Below, in pieces: positions 31,975 through 39,692 of a stretch of 64,000 bases of DNA. Both the position numbers and the translations under genes were made by a program. Source of the DNA: Alphaproteobacteria bacterium (GTDB lineage: Bacteria > Pseudomonadota > Alphaproteobacteria > MPNO01 > UBA830); the NCBI GenBank assembly GCA_965243135.1, contig OZ251539.1:5184001-5248000 (forward strand). Reading direction: 5' to 3'. The notes below the pieces were generated by a model. It saw only the letters and a program-made list of their open reading frames with translations. It was not told where the DNA came from and did not search any database. Each line of letters opens with the position of its first letter. Within the stretch, counting starts at the first letter, position 1.

Positions 31975-33622
31975 CAGCAATTCCCGCTAAGGCTCGAAAC
32001 CCTTGAAAAATATGGGGCCGGAAAAAAGTCTTTCGTGGACTTTTCGAGGTGATTCGGGGCTATTTGCCTTCGAGCGGAGCATTTTTCTCTGGAAAGTGGT
32101 CCGAAGGCGAGGCGGGATTGTACCAAAATGGCCAGAATGCCAGGCATGCGCAAGACGCTCAGCGCTCCGGGATTGCTGAAGGAAGTGCGAGCTTGTTTCG
32201 ACCGTATTGAAGATCCGATCGCGAGCCGGGGGCTGAACCAGACGGACTGTCTGATGTCGGGTCTAGCGGTGTTCGGTATGAAGTATGCGTCGCTTCTGCA
32301 ATTCGACGAAGCCGCGCACGCCGACGAAGCGGTTCGGCACAACCTCGCGACCTTATACGGCGTCAAGCGCGTGCCGTCGGACACTGCGATGCGCGAACGG
32401 CTTGACGAAGTCTGTCCGCGGCAATTGCGGCGTTGTTTCACGAAGATGTTCCAGGTTTTGCAACGAGGCAAGGGGTTGGAACAATACACTTGTCTGAACG
32501 GGCATTACGCTCTTTCGATCGATGGAACGGGATACTTCTCGTCGAACAAGGTGCACTGTAAAAATTGCTGCGAGAAACACCACCGCGACGGTACGATTAC
32601 CTACTACCACCAGATGTTGGGGGCCGTTCTGGTGCATCCGGAACAAAAGGAGGTTTTTCCGTTTGCACCGGAACCGATCCTGAAGGAAGACGGCGCAAAA
32701 AAGAACGATTGCGAACGCAACGCAGCGAAACGGCTTCTGGAAGATGTGCGTCGTGAACACCCGCACCTGAAGCTAGTTGTGTTGGAAGATGGGCTGGCCT
32801 CGAACGGACCACATGTCAATCTTCTCAAGGAGTTAGACATGCGTTTCATACTGGGGGCGAAGCCCGGCGACCACAAATTCCTGTTCGAGTGGGTCAACAA
32901 CGCGCCGTCCGTGGAGCGCCGGGAGTTCACGGACGGTGACAACATACGGCACGAATTCCGGTATCTCAACGGAGTGCCTCTGAACGATACGCACTTCGAC
33001 CTCAAAGTGAACTTTCTCGAATACTGGGAGAAGCTCCCAAACGGTAAGAAACAACGTTTCTCCTGGGTCACGGATCTGCCAATTGACGAAGGGAACCTGA
33101 TGGAGTTGATGCGCACCGGGCGGGCGCGCTGGAAGATCGAGAACGAAACTTTCAACACCCTGAAGAACCAAGGCTACTGCTTTGAGCACAACTTCGGTCA
33201 CGGTAACAAGAATCTGTCGACGGTCTTTGCGTTCCTGATGATGCTGGCGTTCCTGATTGACCAGATTCAACAGCGATGTTGCAAACTGTTCCAACAGGCA
33301 CAAACGAAGGCCAAGCGGCCCATTTACTTCTGGGAAAAGGCGCGGGGATTGTTTCTCGAATACTTCTTGAAGGACTGGGAAACACTCTACCGAATGATCG
33401 CGTTTGGATACCGGAAAGCAGAGGGAATTCCCTACGACACCTCCTGACCTGGCACCGTGACCGAATGTGCTAAAGCAAGTTTTTCAGGGGAAACAGGATG
33501 GTCAAGGCTAAGTCGGCACCAAGCCGAAGCGGGGAAGGTGCGTCGCGGCGGCTGATCCCTCGGTAACGACGCTATCTCGACGCGCCTTTCGCAAAGGGCG
33601 GCCACCTTAGCGGGAATTTCTG
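31975..33622 (+). mobile_element. Complete IS, copy 3, 1648 bp
   Basis: Same IRs; 9-bp TSD ACCTCGAAC (31966-31974 and 33623-33631). Confidence 0.95.
32128..33447 (+). CDS. DDE transposase
   Basis: Protein identical to copy 1. Confidence 0.95.
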   Translation: MARMPGMRKTLSAPGLLKEVRACFDRIEDPIASRGLNQTDCLMSGLAVFGMKYASLLQFDEAAHADEAVRHNLATLYGVKRVPSDTAMRERLDEVCPRQLRRCFTKMFQVLQRGKGLEQYTCLNGHYALSIDGTGYFSSNKVHCKNCCEKHHRDGTITYYHQMLGAVLVHPEQKEVFPFAPEPILKEDGAKKNDCERNAAKRLLEDVRREHPHLKLVVLEDGLASNGPHVNLLKELDMRFILGAKPGDHKFLFEWVNNAPSVERREFTDGDNIRHEFRYLNGVPLNDTHFDLKVNFLEYWEKLPNGKKQRFSWVTDLPIDEGNLMELMRTGRARWKIENETFNTLKNQGYCFEHNFGHGNKNLSTVFAFLMMLAFLIDQIQQRCCKLFQQAQTKAKRPIYFWEKARGLFLEYFLKDWETLYRMIAFGYRKAEGIPYDTS

Positions 33623-34316
33623 ACCTCGAACCAGCCGCCGGCCACCTCGCCGACAGCGTCGCCGGATCCTTCGATCGGCAAGTATCGCCGGACAGCGCGT
33701 CCTCGGAGCCGCCCAAGGACAAGACTGCCAAGGAGCGGCGCAGGAATGGGTACGGTGGGCCTGCGGCGGTCCGGAGACCTTGCGCTGCGCATCCTGTCCA
33801 AGTGGGACAGGGACATCATCGGGGCGGGCAGCAACCTCGTCTACGGCCGCCCACTAGTTCGGAGACGAGGATCGCGGTGCCCGCCCGTTGCTTGGTCCGC
33901 CCGGAGGGCGAGGACCGCCGCGACATCGTCGCGTACCTCTCGGGAGAACGGCCACGACCGCACTTGCAGCGAATACCATTTCGGACGCATTCGGGATTCG
34001 CAAGTAGGACCCTCCAGCCGCCGGGCGCCCATCGGGCTCAAGTCCGGCTACGCCCGGACAGTTCAGGAAGGTCGCCTGCGGTGTCGAGTGGCCGCTGATG
34101 GATGCATGACGGCCCCGCCGCAATGGTTTCGGCGGGGCGCTGCCGCTCCCGCCCGGCGTCACGACGTGCTCATGGCGGGCGGTGCCGTTCCTGGAGTGCA
34201 GGGATTTGTCGACAGCCGACGCGGGTTCGTCTTGCGGGAGGCCGCCAAGGAGACCGCGCTGGAGGAAGGGCAGGCGGCCCGGTTGCCGGACCGAGCTCCT
34301 CGGCGAGGACCACTGC

Positions 34317-34580
34317 GCACGCAACCTGCGTTCCGCCCCGCTCACCGCGGAGGCGGCGGCGTTCGCGGTGCGCAACCGGGCGGAAAGCCGTGGCGCTCGC
34401 CTGCGGGAGGATTTTCCCGAGGGAACTGAACCAGCGCCTTCGGACGCGACGGGAAGCTGGTGTCGGACTACCTGCCGGTCGTTCGCGGCGTGACGGCCGC
34501 GGTTCCCCTCACCCTCCAGCGCGACGGGCCCGGCCAGACCCCGCGGTTCGAGATCCGCGACGTGCCCTGCCGCGAGGGGG
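34317..34580 (+). pseudogene. Degenerate copy of FAD oxidoreductase 3' end plus 2Fe-2S gene 5' end (39136-39437)
   Basis: Colinear homology (AESRGA..REDFPE, SDYLPVVRG, VPLTLQR) with three short deletions. Confidence 0.92.
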
Positions 34581-34619
34581 GAACGGGGTCCAGTTCGAAC
34601 TCGCCGTGCGCGTTCTGCG

Positions 34620-36803
34620 CTAATCGCATCCCTCCGTGCACCTCGCGCCGAAACTGCCTATGAGCGAACTGCGGAGCGCGCGACCCCGGTGATCGGATTG
34701 CATGTGCCACCAGCCCGCGGCTTCCAAGCCGTTCCTGGGACCGTAGAGATTGCCGCCGTATTTGGAAGTCGAATCCGACCCGGCGTCGAAGTCCCATGAA
34801 TTCAGGTCGCCTCCAGCGGTTCGCGGATAACCGAGATAGCCCCCGAAGCTGCCGTCGGCGGCGATGTCGCCCTCCTCCATCGGGATGTCTCTGGGGGCGG
34901 GGCGGTACGGAATCCAAACCCCGTCGTGGCGGAGTTCCTCAAGGCCGGAGATCATGCCGCTGATCTTGTTCGAGTCGGCGGGAATGCCGTCGCCGGTGCA
35001 GCCGCTGCCGCCGATGCATGCGTTGAGCGTGATGCCGCCCCTGAGCGGCGTCGCTCCGCTCAGCGTGATGAAGTTCTCATCCCCGTGGTTGATCAGCGCG
35101 CGCGCCATGGTGCGGCCCTTGAACGTGGCGGCGATCGACGTCGCGACGTCCGTCGTCCTCATGCCGTCCGCATCCCTGAAGGCGTCGTAGCCGAAGGCGA
35201 ATGCCTGCGGGCGGGTGAAGGACGGCGTGGCCTTCACGTTGTCGAAGACCATGAACAGGCCGTAGGCCGCGTATTCGAGGTAGCGGTGCGCGTCGCCGCC
35301 GGCGAGGCCGCCGTAGTTCGACAGCCACAGTTCGTAGGTTCCGAGCTCCTCCGGCCGGCCGTCGGCGTCGTCACCTTGAATCGTGTCCGGAAGCTGTTCG
35401 CGTTGGGCTTCGGTCAGCGGAACCTTCACCTTCCAGTAATAGGCTGCTTCGCCATGGGGCGACTGCGACGGCTGGCCAAAGGCGACGGCGAGGTCGTCGT
35501 GGGCCCAGTCGCCGCAATCGGAGAGAGGGTCTCTCCAGCAGGCGCCGGCGTTGTCCGCGTAGTAGCCCTGGAGCGCGGTCGCCTGATCCGCCGTCAGCGT
35601 CCCGGTCGCCGCCTCCAGGCCCAGGTCTCTGGCGTGGGAGGCGGTTATCGCGTCGCCCTGCGCCGCGCTCGCGTCGCCCAGCTTCCCGTCCGGGCCGTAC
35701 CTCCACCAATCGTTGTGGTTGGGCGCATCGGCGTCGGCGTCCCTGAAGTAGTCGAAGGTTCTCTGCATGTCGTAATAAACCAAGCCTTCGCCGCCGAATT
35801 TCAGCGTCGCGCCGTCGGCGGACAGCTGGAGCGAACTCGTCACCACGCCATCGGTGTTGGAATAGGACGTCGGCGTGCCGTCGTCGCCCTGGATCTTGAT
35901 GGGATGCCTCCCCGCCGCGCGCAGCGTCACCGCCCGCAGCGGCAGTTCGTCCGTCGCGGCAAGGCCGCCGCTCGCGGCCCCGACCCGTTTGCCCGCAGCC
36001 CAGGCGACGCCGTCCGTCGCGATGGCGAGTTTCGTCCAGCCTGTCTCTCCGGTGTCGGTGCGCGGCGTGCGCGCGATGTCCGCCTCGCCTCTGGGCACGA
36101 ACCGCGGCTCTCGCGGTTCGAGCGCAACGGCCAGGGATACGCGCGGGTCGTACGCGTCGGCCCTGGCCCGTTGCTCCGCGGCGTCGCGCTCGTGCTTCGC
36201 GGCGGCGCTCTCGGCCTGCGCCAGTTCCTGACGGAGCGGCGGCACCAGGGAAATCTGGGCCGTGGACAGCGTGACCTGGGCCTGCAGCAGCAGGGTCCGG
36301 ATCTCCGGAGTGGGGTTCGCATCCAACGCCGCCGTCAGCTTCGTCTGCGCGTCGTCCAGCGCGGCCTGCGCCCGGTCCAGCGTCGTGTGCATGCTCGCCA
36401 GCGCCACAGGCCCCCCGGAGGGAAGCGCCGCGTCGGCCGCCGTCAGCACGTCGGCGACCGTCTCCAGCGCGGTATCGACTGCCGTCAGCGCCGTCGATGC
36501 CGCCGTCTTCGCGCCGCTGTCGGGCTGCGCCGCCAGACGTTCGCGAAAAACCTCCAGATTTTGCCGGGCTTCTTCCACCACGGCGCCGGCCGCCTCGCGC
36601 TGCTCGGGCGCCCCCAACGCCGCCTGAGCCTCGGCCAGCGAGGCGCGGAGAGCGCTCAACGCGGCCTCGGCCGCGGCCGTCTTCTGCCGCTCGGCCGCGA
36701 GAGCCTCCGGGTCGGGGACGCGCACCGTCTTGGTTTCGGTGCAGGCGCCCAGCGCCAGCGCAGCGCCGCAGACCAGCGCCAGACATAGCTTGTACATCGT
36801 CAT
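34620..36803 (-). CDS. Large surface lipoprotein with coiled-coil stalk and TbpB-like C-terminal barrel
   Basis: RBS AAGAGGA; lipobox LGAC; Ala/Glu-rich helical region; YLEYAAYG, ATFKGRTMA, YGGNLYGP...EAAGWW...GSFGA. Confidence 0.82.
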   Translation of the reverse strand: MTMYKLCLALVCGAALALGACTETKTVRVPDPEALAAERQKTAAAEAALSALRASLAEAQAALGAPEQREAAGAVVEEARQNLEVFRERLAAQPDSGAKTAASTALTAVDTALETVADVLTAADAALPSGGPVALASMHTTLDRAQAALDDAQTKLTAALDANPTPEIRTLLLQAQVTLSTAQISLVPPLRQELAQAESAAAKHERDAAEQRARADAYDPRVSLAVALEPREPRFVPRGEADIARTPRTDTGETGWTKLAIATDGVAWAAGKRVGAASGGLAATDELPLRAVTLRAAGRHPIKIQGDDGTPTSYSNTDGVVTSSLQLSADGATLKFGGEGLVYYDMQRTFDYFRDADADAPNHNDWWRYGPDGKLGDASAAQGDAITASHARDLGLEAATGTLTADQATALQGYYADNAGACWRDPLSDCGDWAHDDLAVAFGQPSQSPHGEAAYYWKVKVPLTEAQREQLPDTIQGDDADGRPEELGTYELWLSNYGGLAGGDAHRYLEYAAYGLFMVFDNVKATPSFTRPQAFAFGYDAFRDADGMRTTDVATSIAATFKGRTMARALINHGDENFITLSGATPLRGGITLNACIGGSGCTGDGIPADSNKISGMISGLEELRHDGVWIPYRPAPRDIPMEEGDIAADGSFGGYLGYPRTAGGDLNSWDFDAGSDSTSKYGGNLYGPRNGLEAAGWWHMQSDHRGRALRSSLIGSFGARCTEGCD

Positions 36804-37330
36804 CGAACGGGTCCTCTTGATCCGTGAAGAGGCCCCGTGAAGAGGCCCCGTGAAGAGGCCCCGTGAAGAGGCCCCGTGAAGAGGCCCCGTGAAGAGGCCC
36901 CGTGAAGAGGCCCCGTGAAGAGGCCCCGTGAAGAGGCCCCGTGAAGAGGCCCCGTGAAGAGGCCCCGTGAAGAGGCCCCGTGAAGAGGCCCCGTGAAGAG
37001 GCCCCGTGAAGAGGCCCCGTGAAGAGGCCCCGTGAAGAGGCCCCGTGAAGAGGCCCCGTGAAGAGGCCCCGTGAAGAGGCCCCGTGAAGAGGCCCCGTGA
37101 AGAGGCCCCGTGAAGAGGCCCCGTGAAGAGGCCCCGTGAAGAGGCCCCGTGAAGAGGCCCCGTGAAGAGGCCCCGTGAAGAGGCCCCGTGAAGAGGCCCC
37201 GTGAAGAGGCCCCGTGAAGAGGCCCCGTGAAGAGGCCCCGTGAAGAGGCCCCGTGAAGAGGCCCCGTGAAGAGGCCCCGTGAAGAATTCCACGTCAGTGT
37301 ACCGCGCCGGCCGGTGACGTCAAGAATCAT
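36800..37330 (-). other. Candidate leader ORF translated through the tandem array
   Basis: GGAG-N7-ATG at 37330; MILDVTG...(SSRGLFTGPLHGA)n...GPVR; TGA overlaps the lipoprotein ATG (ATGA). Confidence 0.4.
36822..37285. repeat. Perfect 13-bp tandem repeat (CCGTGAAGAGGCC) x ~35.7
   Basis: 464 bp with no variant unit seen and no spacers. Confidence 0.98.
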
Positions 37331-37458
37331 GGCGTCGCTCCGCGAGGCGCTCCTCCAAGGAGTCCTGCGCCATGGCAGGCGAATGGAGGGCTGCCGCAGC
37401 GCCGGCCGCCCAGGTTCCCGGCTTCGTCGGTGGTCCTTCCGTGAGATTGGCAATTATT

Positions 37459-37481
37459 GCAATGATATAACGTATCGTTAC
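37459..37481. promoter_or_regulatory. Zur-box-like imperfect palindrome
   Basis: GCAATGATATAACGTATCGTTAC versus proteobacterial Zur consensus GAAATGTTATA-N-TATAACATTTC; lone AT-rich patch between divergent genes. Confidence 0.5.
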
Positions 37482-37660
37482 GGTCATGTCGACCCCTTTC
37501 CCAGCGGAGCCGTTTGCGCTGCGCCATTTTTGTCGGCCCGCCGCCCGTCCGCCGCGGCGGCTCTCGCCGGAAGACTCTCGCGCGCTCGCGCAAGCGCCGG
37601 AATTCAGGAACGAGGCGCCGCAGCGTTGCGACGGGTTTACGGATCGGGGACAATGGAAGC

Positions 37661-39349
37661 ATGGAAGAAACGGCAAGACTCGAAACCGACGTCCTTGTGA
37701 TAGGCGCGGGCGGCGCGGGCATGTACGCCGCGATCTCGGCGGCGCGGAACGGTGCCCGCGTGCTCCTCGCCGACAAGAGCATGATCGGGCGGGGCGGAGC
37801 GACCATCATGGCGCAGATGACGACCGCCGCCGCCCTCGGAGAGCTTGAGCCGGACCATTGGACGCGGCATCTCGACGACACGCTGGAGGCCGGGCGCGGG
37901 CTGTGCAACGGGGAGCTCGCCGCCATCCTCTGCGAGGAGGCGATCGCGCGCATCCGCGAGATGGACGAATGGAAGGTCGGGTGGGCGCGCAGGGACGGCC
38001 GCATCGTCGGCGTGACGGCGCCGGGCCACGGCGCTCCCCGCTGCGTGTACGTGGACTTTCTCAACACCGGCCCGGCGGTCGCCAAATGCCTCCGCGGACG
38101 CGTCGCGCGCGACGACCGCGTCGTGCGGGTCAGCGGCCTCGCGATCGCCGACGTGGCGGTCGAGGACGGGCGCGCCGCGGGCGCCGTCGGCTTCAACATG
38201 GCCGACGGAGCCCCCGTGGCGATCGCCGCCGGGGCGGTGGTGATCGCGGCCGGCGGACTGACCCGGATCTACAGGCGCAACAGCGCGTCCTCGAACATGA
38301 ACGGAGACGGCTACGCCCTCGCCCTGCGGGCCGGGGCCGACCTGATCGACATGGAGTTTCCCCAGTTCTTTCCGATCGGGCATCTGGCGCCGCGGCTGGT
38401 CGGCATGGATCCGATCATGTGGGATCCGTTTCGCTACAAGCTCGGCGGACGGCTTCTCAACGCCGAGGGCGAGGAATTCGTCCACAACTACGGCGGCGAG
38501 GATGGAGGCAAGTATGTCTCCACGCGCGACATCGTGGCCTACGGAATCACCAAAGAGGCCGAGGCCGGGCGCGCGACGCCGGGAGGCGGGGTTTATCTCA
38601 GCTTCGCGCATATTCCCGAAGAACGGTTGCGGGAGGCGTTCGGACCGGTCATCGACCGCCTGGCCGCGAACGGCATCGACCTGACCGAGACCGCTGTCGA
38701 GGTCTCGCCGATCGCGCACTACCACATGGGTGGGATACGGGTTGACGGCCGGATGGAGACCTGCGTCCCGGGGCTCTTCGCGGCGGGCGAGGCGGTCGGC
38801 GGCGCCAACGGCGCCAACCGGCTTTCCGGAAACGCGCTGCCGGAGGCCTTCGTCTTCGGCGAGCGCGCGGGCCGTTTCGCGGCCGCCGACGCGCGGAAGC
38901 GGCCGGCGCCTCCGAGAGCGCGGCTGCCGGCGCCGAAGCGCCGGAGCGCGGCTCGGGACGCTGCGCTCGGCGGACTTTGGAGCCGGCTGCAGGATCTGAT
39001 GTGGAACAGGGTCGGCGTGCTGCGAACCGCCGCCGGCCTCGACGAAGCGCTGGCCGGCGTCCGCGGCATGAGGGCCGAACTCGAGACGGTCGCGCTGCCC
39101 CGCGTCGGCGGGTTCGATCAAGCGCTGCTCGACTGGCACGACCTGCGCTCCGCCCTGCTCGCCGCGGAGGCGGTGGCGTTCGCGGCGCGCAACCGGGCGG
39201 AAAGCCGCGGCGCTCACCAGCGGGAGGATTTTCCCGAAACCGATCCGGCGCTGGAACTGAACCAGCGCCTTCGGCTCGGACGCGACGGGAAGCTAGTGTC
39301 GGACTACCTGCCGGTCGTTCGCGGCGCGCCGGCCGGGGCGGCGGCGTGA
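37661..39349 (+). CDS. FAD-dependent oxidoreductase, SdhA/FrdA/NadB family
   Basis: VIGAGGAG, STRDIVA, AHYHMGG, GANRLSGNAL, ESRGAHQREDFP. Confidence 0.92.
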   Translation: MEETARLETDVLVIGAGGAGMYAAISAARNGARVLLADKSMIGRGGATIMAQMTTAAALGELEPDHWTRHLDDTLEAGRGLCNGELAAILCEEAIARIREMDEWKVGWARRDGRIVGVTAPGHGAPRCVYVDFLNTGPAVAKCLRGRVARDDRVVRVSGLAIADVAVEDGRAAGAVGFNMADGAPVAIAAGAVVIAAGGLTRIYRRNSASSNMNGDGYALALRAGADLIDMEFPQFFPIGHLAPRLVGMDPIMWDPFRYKLGGRLLNAEGEEFVHNYGGEDGGKYVSTRDIVAYGITKEAEAGRATPGGGVYLSFAHIPEERLREAFGPVIDRLAANGIDLTETAVEVSPIAHYHMGGIRVDGRMETCVPGLFAAGEAVGGANGANRLSGNALPEAFVFGERAGRFAAADARKRPAPPRARLPAPKRRSAARDAALGGLWSRLQDLMWNRVGVLRTAAGLDEALAGVRGMRAELETVALPRVGGFDQALLDWHDLRSALLAAEAVAFAARNRAESRGAHQREDFPETDPALELNQRLRLGRDGKLVSDYLPVVRGAPAGAAA

Positions 39350-39684
39350 CGGCCACGGTCCCCCTCACGCTCCAGCGCGGCGGGCCCGGCGAGACCCCGC
39401 GGTTCGAGACCCACGACGTGCCCTACAGCGAGGGGATGTCGGTTCTCGACGCAGTCGTATGGCTGCGCGCCCACGTCGATTCCTCCATCGCCTTCCGTTA
39501 CAGCTGCATCAACGCCAACGCCTGCAAGGAGTGCATGGTGTCCGTGGACGGAAAAACCCGTTACGCCTGCACCGCCCGCCTGCCCCCCGCGGGCGCGACC
39601 GTGGGGCCGCTGGCCAACAAGGCGCTCGTCCGCGACCTCGTCACCGACATCGTTCCGCCGAAGGAAAACCTTCGCGCGGAATGA
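39346..39684 (+). CDS. 2Fe-2S protein (SdhB N-terminal domain only)
   Basis: SVLDA...FRYSCINANACKECMV...AC; GTGA overlap; 112 aa. Confidence 0.88.
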   Translation: MTATVPLTLQRGGPGETPRFETHDVPYSEGMSVLDAVVWLRAHVDSSIAFRYSCINANACKECMVSVDGKTRYACTARLPPAGATVGPLANKALVRDLVTDIVPPKENLRAE

Positions 39685-39692
39685 CCGCGCCG

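Larger units (their letters stand above)
31890..33960 (+). pseudogene. Mu-like phage virion morphogenesis protein (gpG) remnant split by IS copy 3
   Basis: DLEPAAGHLADSVAGSFDRQVSPD, LRRSGDLALRI...GSNLVY and VPARCL...EDRRDIVAYL across frameshifts match the gpG pattern. Confidence 0.6.

Noticed and set aside
36822-37285. CRISPR array
   Set aside because: Units are contiguous 13-mers with no spacers, and no cas genes are present
34620-37292. 890-aa ORF including the repeat-encoded N-terminus
   Set aside because: The lipoprotein signal peptide and a good RBS lie downstream of the array, so 36803 (or 36797) is the likely start
37661-39684. Canonical sdhAB or nadB
   Set aside because: Key His residues, the 4Fe-4S/3Fe-4S domain, sdhCD and nadA/nadC context are all missing
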